DNA from: a bacterium
GTDB lineage: Bacteria; Zhuqueibacterota; Zhuqueibacteria; Oceanimicrobiales; Oceanimicrobiaceae
Reading direction: 5' to 3'
Assembly (NCBI GenBank): GCA_046758365.1
Contig: JBHIAC010000003.1
Coordinates: 18,019 to 82,018, forward strand
Length of the DNA stretch: 64,000 bases
Program-made: the position numbers and the translations under genes
Notes under the pieces: model-generated
Told to the model about the DNA's origin: nothing
The model's input: the letters and a program-made list of their open reading frames with translations, nothing else
Databases searched by the model: none
Part shown: one piece after another, positions 1 to 9,195 of the stretch
Numbering within the stretch: the first letter of the stretch is position 1
Layout: each line of letters starts with the position of its first letter

Positions 1-197
1 TTAGGATCTTGTAGCTTACCAAGTGCCTCAACCGCACGAGCACGGAAATTAGGCTCGGGGCTATTCAGAAAGATAAGCAGACTGTCGCAGGCAACTCTCT
101 GATTTTCCAGCCGAACTATTTGCTCAATCTGAAAGCCACTTTTTGAACAAGCTGATATTAATAAACTTATTAACAGAATAATATAAATTCGCTTCAT
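1..197 (-). CDS. N-terminal part of a lipoprotein with a HEAT-like repeat (runs off the window edge)
   Basis: Manual translation from ATG 197: MKRIYIILLISLLISAC-SKSG...PNFRARAVEALGKLQDP; lipobox ISAC and HEAT-type RARAVEALGKL; open to position 1. Confidence 0.7.
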   Translation of the reverse strand, partial: MKRIYIILLISLLISACSKSGFQIEQIVRLENQRVACDSLLIFLNSPEPNFRARAVEALGKLQDP

Positions 198-314
198 GCC
201 AAGCAATATAATATTTATGTTAAAAGAAGTCAAGGGGTTTGACAGACAAAAAATTAATTGATTTTAATTTTATTTTCTTTTATTTTAACACTTAAAATTT
301 AGGGAGAAGAGTCG

Positions 315-1310
315 GTGAAAATAAAAGTTGGTCAAGTAGGTGTTGGTCATTTAGGAGCGCGTCATTGTGCTGCACTGGCTGAAATCTTGGAGGCTGAGCT
401 AATTGGTATATTTGACATCGATTTCGAAAGGAGTCGTCAAGTTGCTCAAACTTATGAAGTAAAAGTCTTCACAGATTTAGAAGAATTGTTGGCGCAAGTT
501 CAGGCTTTGATTGTTGCCGTACCAACTTGTCACCACTTTGAAATTGTTCAAGCGGCTTTGACAAACAAAGTTCATGTGTTCGTTGAAAAACCTATTACTG
601 CTACAGTGGCTGAAGCGGATGAACTCATTCGCTTAACGGAAAACAACCATCTAGTTTTGCAGGTTGGACACATAGAACGCTTTAATCCTGCTTGGCAAGC
701 TTTGGCCTCTGAAAGCCTGAATCCCAGGTTTATTGAATCCCATCGTTTAGCTTCTTTTAATCCGCGAGGAACCGATGTTTCGGTGGTTTTGGATTTAATG
801 ATTCACGACCTTGATCTTATTTTACATTTAGTTCCAAGTACCATTAAAAAAATTGATGCCAGCGGTGTGTCTGTGGTCTCTCCTGAAATTGATATTGCCA
901 ATGCAAGAATTCTATTTGAAAATGGATGTGTAGCTAATGTCACTGCCAGCCGAATATCTCAAAAAAAATTGCGTAAAATGTGGCTGTTTCAAAAAGATGC
1001 CTATATTTCCATAGACTTTTTTCAAAGAATCTCAGAAGCGTTTAAATTAGTAAAGCAACCCGTCAGTACAAAGAATGACCAAGTTTTTTCTTTAAATGCA
1101 ATCGATAGAAGCTCTTCTAATAAACAAATAGTTTACGAACGTTTGGCTGAGGGAATCCATGATCCTCTAAAAATGGAGCTTAAAGCATTTCTTAAATCAG
1201 TCTATTCGGGAGAGAAGCCCCTTGTAGATGGAATTACAGGTAAGAAGGTTTTAGAATTGGCAATAGAGATAATTAAAATTATCGAACAGCAAACTTCACT
1301 GTTAGTTTGA
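315..1310 (+). CDS. Gfo/Idh/MocA family oxidoreductase (GnnA-like)
   Basis: GVGHLG Rossmann motif, HVFVEKP, QVGHIERFNP, DLMIHDLD. Confidence 0.9.
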   Translation: MKIKVGQVGVGHLGARHCAALAEILEAELIGIFDIDFERSRQVAQTYEVKVFTDLEELLAQVQALIVAVPTCHHFEIVQAALTNKVHVFVEKPITATVAEADELIRLTENNHLVLQVGHIERFNPAWQALASESLNPRFIESHRLASFNPRGTDVSVVLDLMIHDLDLILHLVPSTIKKIDASGVSVVSPEIDIANARILFENGCVANVTASRISQKKLRKMWLFQKDAYISIDFFQRISEAFKLVKQPVSTKNDQVFSLNAIDRSSSNKQIVYERLAEGIHDPLKMELKAFLKSVYSGEKPLVDGITGKKVLELAIEIIKIIEQQTSLLV

Positions 1311-1338
1311 GAAGCCATCCTTAAATAGAAATCAAAGT

Positions 1339-1448
1339 TTAACTTCTGCAAAATAGGGTGTACAACCTTTAGGTTGAGATTGTCATAGGCAGGCTGAAGC
1401 CTGTACACCCATTTTGAGCATGCTTTAAATTAATTTTGCAGAAGTCTG
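1339..1448. mobile_element. 110-bp MITE-like element, copy 1
   Basis: Terminal inverted repeats ACTTCTGCAAAAT / ATTTTGCAGAAGT; flanking 10-bp direct repeat AAATCAAAGT (1329-1338, 1449-1458); near-identical copy at 22630-22739. Confidence 0.85.
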
Positions 1449-1991
1449 AAATCAAAGTGAAAAAGAATTTCGTATTGGAAAATTAAATAGATCATAATAG
1501 CTCAAAAATTAAAGGGCGTGCCTGTGATTGTCGATAAAATGAGAGGTAGAGCTGGTATTGAAACATTAAGCGAATTTAGGCTTGAAATATTACATTTTGA
1601 TGGCGGTTTTCAGCATAAATGTTTGTATAGAGATTTGTATATAGTTCATTTGGAAACTGCGATACTGAATGAAAGATGTGGTCTTCCAGCGAGAGTCTAT
1701 TGCGTATCCATAAGCATTCTTTCTCGTGCCCTCATCCTTTTGTTTACTAAAGTCAATCAATAGAAATATACGTTACAATCAAATATCAATTTCAATGCAT
1801 TGCTACACTCATATTGAATTGGAAATGGAACTTTATGTATAGAATTAGCATTTGTTAAATATTAAATTGATATTTAGTTTAATTAATAATAATTAAAAAT
1901 CTCTTGAAAATCATTGCAATATTTTGTATTATTAATTTAAATTCACAATTAAGGGTGCAAAACAAAAATCTCATTAACATGGAGAATTAAA

Positions 1992-3374
1992 GTGAACAGG
2001 AGGGCTCCGAAAAATCAAATTTTAGTGGTAGATGATGATAAAAACATCTGTAAGATGATTGAGATAACTTTGCGGAGAGAGAGGTCTTACGATATTAAAT
2101 CTGCCACCAATGGTGAAGCCTGCCTAAAAGTCATCAGAGAATTGCCGCCGGATTTGGTTTTACTGGATATTCAAATGCCAGGCATTGATGGAATTGAAAC
2201 ATTAAAACGGATTCGAGAAAATGAACCAAGAATTCCAGTAGTAATTATGTCTGCTCACGGCACCATTGAAAAAGCAGTACAATGCATGAAACTGGGCGCC
2301 TACGACTTTATTACTAAACCCTTTGCAAGTGATCGGCTTTTGGTAACGGTGAATAATGCCCTGATGACCTATTCATTGAAGCAAGAAGTTGACGATTTAA
2401 AAAGAGAGTTGAAGGATCGTTACCAGTTTAAGAATATTATCGGTCAAAGTGGCGTAATGCAGGAAGTTTTCCGATCAATGGAAAAAGTAATTGACAGCAA
2501 TGTAACGGTATTGATTCAGGGTGAAAGTGGAACGGGAAAGGAATTAATTGCAAGAGCTATTCATTTTCATAACAAGCAGAGATCTAACCACCCATTTGTA
2601 GCCGTAAACTGCACCGCTTTACCTGAATCTCTTTTAGAAAGTGAGCTTTTTGGACATGAAAAGGGTTCCTTTACCGGCGCCATCGGGCGAAGAATTGGTA
2701 AATTTGAAATGGCCAACGGAGGTACCATCTTTTTAGATGAGATTGGCCTTATGTCTCCAGCTACTCAAGCAAAAGTTTTGCGTGTTCTCCAGGAGCGAGA
2801 ATTTGAGCGTGTAGGTGGAAATGAACTGGTGAAAGTCGATACACGAATCATTTCTGCTACCAATAAAGACTTAGAAGAAGCTGTTAAAAAAGGAGAAGTG
2901 CGAGAAGATTTATATTATCGAATTTCGGTTTATCCCATTAAGTTACCACCTTTGCGTGAACGTAAAGAAGATATTCCGCTGCTTGCTGCTCATTTTATAA
3001 CCAAATATGCCAGCCAGGAAGGCAAAGAAATTGAAGATATTTCTCCAGATGCGTTAGAGTTACTCATGGCTTACCACTGGCCAGGAAATGTCAGGGAATT
3101 AGAAAATGCTATTGAACGTGCTGTCGTTCTGGCTAACCCACCAGAAATAACCGCCAAGGACCTGCCTGCATCGGTTCGATCCTTAGGAGAGAAGAAAATT
3201 TACGAGACTGACAATACCCTCTCAAGTTGGATTGAAAAGTTGGAGGAGGAGGCTTTACGTCAAGCTCTTCTGGAATGCGAAGGCAATATATCTCAAACCG
3301 CTAAAAAATTGGGTATTGGAAGAGCCACCATTTATCGAAAAGCTAAAAAATATGGACTCCCTATGGTTAAATAG
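1992..3374 (+). CDS. sigma54-dependent response regulator (NtrC/AtoC/PilR family; REC-AAA+-Fis HTH)
   Basis: REC with LLDIQMP, GESGTGKE, ESELFGHEKGSFTGA, WPGNVRELEN, C-terminal HTH; GTG start after GGAG. Confidence 0.95.
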   Translation: MNRRAPKNQILVVDDDKNICKMIEITLRRERSYDIKSATNGEACLKVIRELPPDLVLLDIQMPGIDGIETLKRIRENEPRIPVVIMSAHGTIEKAVQCMKLGAYDFITKPFASDRLLVTVNNALMTYSLKQEVDDLKRELKDRYQFKNIIGQSGVMQEVFRSMEKVIDSNVTVLIQGESGTGKELIARAIHFHNKQRSNHPFVAVNCTALPESLLESELFGHEKGSFTGAIGRRIGKFEMANGGTIFLDEIGLMSPATQAKVLRVLQEREFERVGGNELVKVDTRIISATNKDLEEAVKKGEVREDLYYRISVYPIKLPPLRERKEDIPLLAAHFITKYASQEGKEIEDISPDALELLMAYHWPGNVRELENAIERAVVLANPPEITAKDLPASVRSLGEKKIYETDNTLSSWIEKLEEEALRQALLECEGNISQTAKKLGIGRATIYRKAKKYGLPMVK

Positions 3375-3410
3375 ATTAATCTTTTAAAAAATATTTATTT
3401 ATATTACTCG

Positions 3411-3441
3411 AAGCCACTGGATAATTGTCCGTGGCTTTTTT
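3411..3441 (+). terminator. intrinsic terminator
   Basis: AAGCCAC...GTGGCTT hairpin followed by a T-run, just after the activator gene. Confidence 0.65.
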
Positions 3442-3451
3442 ATTATTTACA

Positions 3452-3592
3452 AGTCTCAGCCTGATACATTGTTTCACCAAAACACAAATTATGAAGCTGT
3501 AATATTTATTTTTAAATTAAATAATGAATTCGTGTAGCTATTTACACAATATTAATAAAAAAAAGAAAAGGTTGGCTGGTATAGATTTTGCA
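3452..3592 (+). promoter_or_regulatory. sigma54 promoter with tandem upstream activator sites
   Basis: TGGTATAGATTTTGCA at 3577-3592 (GG-N10-GC); 17-bp (T/A)GT-N11-ACA boxes at 3452-3468 and 3470-3486. Confidence 0.65.
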
Positions 3593-3633
3593 AAGAATTA
3601 AGAATCATTAAAAAAAATGGGGAAAGGGAGCCT

Positions 3634-4791
3634 ATGATGAACACCTTTGTTAAAACAACCAACTTATCAAAGCTCGTATCTTTAATTTGCCAGGGAAATT
3701 ACAGAGAAACCGAGCTTATTGAATTTGTAAATCTTATCCAAAAAATTTCTCTCAGCTATTTAAAATACCAAGAAATAATTGGTAAAAATATTTGTTGGAA
3801 TCGAAGTAATAACATAGGTGAATTAGAAGATTTAGCCTTGGATTGCATAGCCGGCTTGTTTATGCGCAATGATAGAGACGAATTTATCCAGTTTAAAAAA
3901 TATTTTTGCCAAAATTCAACCAGCATTGAAAAACTTGATGATGTTGAGGTTTTAGTATTATTGAGAAGGCTGGTGATTAAGAAAACCAAACAGGAACTCT
4001 CAAGAATATTTAAAGAACGAGATCCTGAAGGCGCCAAAATAGTAAGAAATATCAAAGTAGCCATAAAAAGCTCCTCGGATTTTGATTCTTTTAAAGAAAT
4101 GGGGCGTGAATATATATATTTAAAAAATAATGATAATGGTAAATATTCAAATCATAAAATATCCAATAATAACAATGGGAAAAATCATTCTTTAAATTAT
4201 TATTCAAAAACTGGCAATAAAAACCTGAACTATACCTATCTTAGAAAAAGCCAACCATCCATTCCTGAGAAATCATTAAGGGGCGAATATCTAAACTGTT
4301 ATTGTCCTAAAGACCCAGTATCGGCTGGAATTAGAAAGATGTTACTGGTTGTAAAAAACGATGATAAATATCAGAATTTTCTGCCTGTGGATATGATTGC
4401 CCGAATTATGCGACACACTAATATAGAAATGGCGCGGGATAGACTAAACTCACAAGTTTATGATTTATCCCCATTGGATGAATTAAAAATCAAGGAAATT
4501 GAGAAAAGAAAAAATACCGTATTAAAGAAAATAAAAAATAAAATAGAAAATCAATATGTAAAAACAAAAAAAATCTCTAAAAAGAAAGGTGATGTTTATT
4601 ACAAAGCCCTATCTGAGATTTTAGAAGACATTAGTCAAGGTAAAAAATATGACTCCTATTTTCGACACCTGAAAAGATACATGCCAGAGTTAAGTCAAAA
4701 AGCTTATCGTACCCAAGAAAGAACTATCTTTGAATATTTAGGAAAGCTAATTAAAAAATGGTTTCGAGAATCTCTTATGGAACTATTATAA
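3634..4791 (+). CDS. hypothetical protein, possibly a divergent sigma-factor-like protein; paralog of 16210-17235
   Basis: 385-aa ORF sharing DLAxDCIAxxFxR and DPxGAKIxRNI with the 16210 ORF; followed by a zf-HC2-like gene. Confidence 0.7.
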   Translation: MMNTFVKTTNLSKLVSLICQGNYRETELIEFVNLIQKISLSYLKYQEIIGKNICWNRSNNIGELEDLALDCIAGLFMRNDRDEFIQFKKYFCQNSTSIEKLDDVEVLVLLRRLVIKKTKQELSRIFKERDPEGAKIVRNIKVAIKSSSDFDSFKEMGREYIYLKNNDNGKYSNHKISNNNNGKNHSLNYYSKTGNKNLNYTYLRKSQPSIPEKSLRGEYLNCYCPKDPVSAGIRKMLLVVKNDDKYQNFLPVDMIARIMRHTNIEMARDRLNSQVYDLSPLDELKIKEIEKRKNTVLKKIKNKIENQYVKTKKISKKKGDVYYKALSEILEDISQGKKYDSYFRHLKRYMPELSQKAYRTQERTIFEYLGKLIKKWFRESLMELL

Positions 4792-4889
4792 TTTAATTTT
4801 CCGAAAAAAAGGAGATTTGTATGTATATATAGTTTACAATTAATATAAAAATAGTTTAAGAATAGCCTTAAGGCATAACTATTTAAATT

Positions 4890-5165
4890 ATGCTGATAGA
4901 CACAAAAGGGTCGGGTGACAAAAAGTTGAAACAGAAAAAGGTAAAACAATGCCTTAGGGAAAAAGAAATAGAAATCTTTGTTTTACAAGAACAATTATGC
5001 ATTGGAGGCAATGAAGTTAAAATTTCAAATCACATTAAAATTTGCAATAAATGTTGCAAAAGATATTTTGAACTTCGCAGGTTTCATCAAATATTAAGTA
5101 TGGAATTAAAAAAACCTATTTCTTCACAAATATTAAATTTAGTAGAGGGACTTCAGAGCAACTGA
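4890..5165 (+). CDS. small zinc-finger (zf-HC2/ZAS-like) protein, putative anti-sigma factor
   Basis: C...HIKICNKC matches the HxxxCxxC motif. Confidence 0.6.
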   Translation: MLIDTKGSGDKKLKQKKVKQCLREKEIEIFVLQEQLCIGGNEVKISNHIKICNKCCKRYFELRRFHQILSMELKKPISSQILNLVEGLQSN

Positions 5166-5221
5166 TTAATCGATTATCTATAGGTTAAAATTTCACATTT
5201 AGTCCCATCCCCATTCCCTAA

Positions 5222-5263
5222 GGGCCAGTGATAACAATTATAGAGTCACTGGCCTTTCGTTTT
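5222..5263 (+). terminator. hairpin / probable terminator
   Basis: GGCCAGTGA...TCACTGGCC stem followed by a T-rich tract. Confidence 0.55.
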
Positions 5264-5280
5264 TAATCAAAAAAATTGTC

Positions 5281-5309
5281 TTGACTTAAGAATAGATTTT
5301 ATTTATATT
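5281..5309 (+). promoter_or_regulatory. sigma70-type promoter
   Basis: TTGACT-17 nt-TATATT upstream of 5408. Confidence 0.5.
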
Positions 5310-5407
5310 CATAATATATAAAACCTTATAGCAAATAATTATCAATAATGGTAATATTTTGCGATTGTTGCTCAATTTTTAGTAATAATATGTGTAGGCA
5401 TTGAATA

Positions 5408-7282
5408 ATGGATAAACCAATCATTCTCATAATTGACGGGGATCCAAAGAATTTGCAAATTCTTAAAGAAAGTTTTGAATCTTCAGAGTTTGAAGTTATT
5501 ACTGTAAGCAACGGAAATGATGCTTGGGGTATGCTTCAATCTCAAAAACCTGATATTATTGTTTCTGAAGTAGATATTCCTGGTATAGATGGTTTTCAAC
5601 TTCTAACTAAATTACAGAAAGATCCTGCAGTAGCATCAATTCCTTTAGTTTTTTTAACCAATCGACGCAATTTAGAAGACCGCATTAAAAGTCTGCGTTC
5701 AGGGGTTAAAGATTACCTGATTAAGCCCCTCCATGTTAAAGAGGTCATTGCTCGCATTCAAATGATTCTTAATAGGTTAGAGAGGTTAAAACATGAAGAA
5801 GTCGAATCCAGCAGAAAAATGGTTGGGCAATTAGAAGACAGAAGCGTTGAACAGTTAGTAGAAAGCTTTGGCGTTGAAAGAAAAACAGGCATTTTAACAG
5901 TGTATGATGAGAGTAATAGAAGCGGTGAAATTTATTTTCGGGACGGGGCGGTTGTTAATGCTTCTTTTGGAAATTTTAAAGCCGAAAAAGCAGTTTATCA
6001 AATGCTCTCCTGGAAAAAGGGCCACTTTATAATGATTTTCAAAGAAATTAATATCGAAGATGAGATATCTGTTAGCAATCTTGGGCTTTTACTTCAAAGT
6101 TTTAAACGTTTGCAAGAACAACAGAAATTTATTAAACAATTACCTCCATTTGACTCAGTTTTCATAAAATCCACACTATTTCAACAAATATTGAAAAAGC
6201 GGGCAATAACAACCGATGCTAACAAATTTATCTCTTTATTTGACGGGAAACGTACTATTTCAGACATCATAGCTGACAGTACCTATGATGATTTGAAAAC
6301 ATTAGAAAGAATAACAAAACTTTATCAGCAAGGTTTTATTCAGCCCTTAGGTTCTGAGTACAAGCAGCCTCATCTCGCAGAGGAATTGCCTAAACCTTTG
6401 CAAGCTTTTCAACCAAAATCTCCAACATTTAAAAAAGACAGTTACGAAAGCGAGAAAAATACTTTACTTCAAACAGAACAACAAAATAAATTAGAAGATG
6501 ATCTAAAATCAAAAATTAGATCAAGGTTTGCAATAGAAGATGAACTTGAACCGGAAATCCCTCGATTCCCCTTTAAGAAAACAGAAGAGTTATATCCCGT
6601 GAAACCAGCGATGACTTCAGAAAATAAAATGTTTCAGGACTCTTCATTCGCCGATGGGAAAGCTAAATATGAGGTAGTGACGAAACAAAATTCTTTTCCC
6701 ACTGAGTTTACTTCTATTTGTGATGAATTATTTAAAAATCGAACTACTAAAACTGGGCATCTGGTAATAATAAGTTCAAATCATAAATTACGTAAAGAGT
6801 TCCTCTCTATCTTGACAAGAGGACACTTTTCGACTAAAACAATTGAGCAAACTGCCGAGCAATCCATTGAATTAGGAAAAATTGAAACCCCTAATCAGCA
6901 CACCCTTGAAATATTAAGTATCTCAACAGAAACAAGGTTTCTCCAAATGCTGGATCAATTGTCCACCACACTAATTGGTTATGTAGTTTTAGTGGCGGGG
7001 GAAAATTCTTCTAATTTAGGTTACATGGGATATCTTATTAATTCTCTAAAAGTTAAGCTCAAAGTTCCACATGTGGTTGCTGTTTATTACCCATCCGAGA
7101 AAAAGTCTATGCCACTTGATATTATTCGCCATGGATTACAATTAAATGAAGATGAGCAATTAGTAGAAATTGATATTCGAGGGGTTGAATCAATAAAGCA
7201 TTTACTAACTCAACTCATACCACCAGAATATTCCAAAAATTCAATTATTGATAAAAAGAATATAATTCAAGAAACTGCATAA
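5408..7282 (+). CDS. atypical receiver + DUF4388 + C-terminal degenerate MglA/ATP_bind_1-like GTPase domain
   Basis: REC (PDIIVSEVDIPGIDG), DUF4388 (GQLEDRSVEQLVE...GEIYFRDGAV...W..G.F), C-terminal IELGKI...TRFLQMLDQLSTTLIGYVVLV. Confidence 0.8.
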   Translation: MDKPIILIIDGDPKNLQILKESFESSEFEVITVSNGNDAWGMLQSQKPDIIVSEVDIPGIDGFQLLTKLQKDPAVASIPLVFLTNRRNLEDRIKSLRSGVKDYLIKPLHVKEVIARIQMILNRLERLKHEEVESSRKMVGQLEDRSVEQLVESFGVERKTGILTVYDESNRSGEIYFRDGAVVNASFGNFKAEKAVYQMLSWKKGHFIMIFKEINIEDEISVSNLGLLLQSFKRLQEQQKFIKQLPPFDSVFIKSTLFQQILKKRAITTDANKFISLFDGKRTISDIIADSTYDDLKTLERITKLYQQGFIQPLGSEYKQPHLAEELPKPLQAFQPKSPTFKKDSYESEKNTLLQTEQQNKLEDDLKSKIRSRFAIEDELEPEIPRFPFKKTEELYPVKPAMTSENKMFQDSSFADGKAKYEVVTKQNSFPTEFTSICDELFKNRTTKTGHLVIISSNHKLRKEFLSILTRGHFSTKTIEQTAEQSIELGKIETPNQHTLEILSISTETRFLQMLDQLSTTLIGYVVLVAGENSSNLGYMGYLINSLKVKLKVPHVVAVYYPSEKKSMPLDIIRHGLQLNEDEQLVEIDIRGVESIKHLLTQLIPPEYSKNSIIDKKNIIQETA

Positions 7283-7322
7283 ACAAAGTAAGCCAAGTCA
7301 TTCATCTTATTAGACAGTTCGA

Positions 7323-8567
7323 ATGGAAAGAAGAAGAATATTAATAGCTGATAATAACCCGCAAGAAGTTCAAGACCTTCGAAAGTCTTTGGTTGCTTCA
7401 GGCTATGAAGTAAAAATCGTTGACAATGGTGTTGACGCATTAAATATTTGTCGGGAATTTCGGCCACACCTTGTTTTATCTGAAGTAAAATTACCTAAAA
7501 TAGATGGGCATCATTTATTGCGGGAATTAAAATCTCAAACTACTACCAAGTCAATTCCTTTTATTCTAATGAGTAGACATAGGGCCGTAGAAGAACGGGT
7601 TCACAGTATTAATTTGGGAGTGGATGATTATATTTCAAAGCCGTTTGACATAAACGACGTGTTGCTACACTTCGAGATAATTCTTAAAGAAATTGAAAAA
7701 TTTGAATCAACTCCAAAAAATCATACCAAAGGATTCTCTGGTAAATTAAGTGAAATGAACTTGATCGAACTCCTGCAGACTATGGAAATTGGTAAAAAGA
7801 CTGGTGTAGTAAAATTACAAAATGATTCCAAGGAAGGTATCGTTTTTTTAAAGGATGGTGTAATTTTAGATGTATCACTGGATGACTTAGAACCAAAAGA
7901 TGCGCTATATCGATTGTTCACTTGGGGAGAAGGTACATTTAGAGTGGAGATAAAGGAAATAAACCGCACAAAAGTTCTTAAAGAATCCATGGGAGATCTT
8001 ATTTATCAGGGTTTAATCCGCCGGGATCGATGGGAACGATTAAGCAAGCGTCTCCCACCATTACAAGCTGTGATTAAGCAAGGGCCAAAACTTAACGAAA
8101 ATAATTTGACAAATGAGGAAAGATCACTAATTCGCTTAATCAATGGGAAAATGAGACTCATTGACCTAATTGAACTCAGTAAGTGTGATGATTTAAAAGC
8201 CCTTCAAATAGTTTCGGATCTTTTCGTGAGAGGTTCAATCATGGAGGTCCCGTTAGAGGAAGATATAAATAACGGCAATTCATCCGGTCAAGAAAGCCAA
8301 CATTATACCGATACGAATGAAACGCGCTTCGCCAAATTGATAGTTAATTTTTTGAGCAATCCAGAAGAGCCGTTCACCACTCATAAAAAAGAGAGAAGAC
8401 GAGGAGAACGCCGACGAAGTCTTGATCGTAGAAATCGTTCACGCCGATGGTCAGATTATGTTAATGAAAAAAACAAAGTCTATTTAAATAAAAGTGAACT
8501 TCTAATGATACGTGAAAAACTCTCACAAGACTTAAAGGCAAAGGAGGCTATTGATAACTTATTTTAA
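7323..8567 (+). CDS. atypical receiver + DUF4388 protein
   Basis: REC (PHLVLSEVKLPKIDG), FSGKLSEMNLIELLQ...KKTG...LFTWGEGTF. Confidence 0.85.
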   Translation: MERRRILIADNNPQEVQDLRKSLVASGYEVKIVDNGVDALNICREFRPHLVLSEVKLPKIDGHHLLRELKSQTTTKSIPFILMSRHRAVEERVHSINLGVDDYISKPFDINDVLLHFEIILKEIEKFESTPKNHTKGFSGKLSEMNLIELLQTMEIGKKTGVVKLQNDSKEGIVFLKDGVILDVSLDDLEPKDALYRLFTWGEGTFRVEIKEINRTKVLKESMGDLIYQGLIRRDRWERLSKRLPPLQAVIKQGPKLNENNLTNEERSLIRLINGKMRLIDLIELSKCDDLKALQIVSDLFVRGSIMEVPLEEDINNGNSSGQESQHYTDTNETRFAKLIVNFLSNPEEPFTTHKKERRRGERRRSLDRRNRSRRWSDYVNEKNKVYLNKSELLMIREKLSQDLKAKEAIDNLF

Positions 8568-8591
8568 AAAATATAACTTGATCTAATAAAT

Positions 8592-9074
8592 ATGAGAATT
8601 GGAGAAATTGCTATTCTTGGTCCAGCTAAAAAAATTAAGCAGGATTTTATAAAAGCTGTTTGTGATGAGATAGTAATCCAAACCGATAAGCTGATTTTTG
8701 GCAGACTTCTAATAGATAACCAACTTGTTGTTCATCTGTATGGTCTCGAAATATCAGAAAAAGAGCTAAGTTTTGCTTGGGATTTAGTATCAAAAAAATT
8801 ATTAGGGTATGTGGTTCTTTTTAATTGGAATAATTCAGAATCCCTTTCTTCAGTGAAATCAATTATTGATTTTATGACTTCTCGTTATAATATTCCTTTA
8901 GTTATTGCGGCTAATTTAGAAAAAGATTCGGAGCCTATCCCTGAAGAATTCATAGATGTTGATTTTCATATATCCGAACAAAGTCAATTTACATTTTGTA
9001 GACTATCGAAACCTGAAAGTGTAAAAAAAGTTTTAATCATTCTAATAAATTCGGTCATTGCTTTGTTAAATTAA
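8592..9074 (+). CDS. MglA/ATP_bind_1-like small GTPase-fold protein with degenerate P-loop
   Basis: IAILGP then FGRLLIDNQLVVHLYG...FAWDLVSKKLLGYVVLF...PLVIAAN pattern; no GxxxxGKT. Confidence 0.65.
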   Translation: MRIGEIAILGPAKKIKQDFIKAVCDEIVIQTDKLIFGRLLIDNQLVVHLYGLEISEKELSFAWDLVSKKLLGYVVLFNWNNSESLSSVKSIIDFMTSRYNIPLVIAANLEKDSEPIPEEFIDVDFHISEQSQFTFCRLSKPESVKKVLIILINSVIALLN

Positions 9075-9195
9075 GACTTGTACTTTGTTCCTTTTAATTA
9101 AAGTAAACATACTTTTGTCAGAATCAAGATATTTTGCCGCTGATTAGAACATTGGAATTTGCGGCTTTTTTTATTTTAAATCATTTTAGGAGACC

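Noticed and set aside
1518..1763. 81-aa ORF, and 1202-1408 on the minus strand
   Set aside because: No recognisable motif or clear RBS; the minus ORF starts inside the MITE and overlaps a real gene
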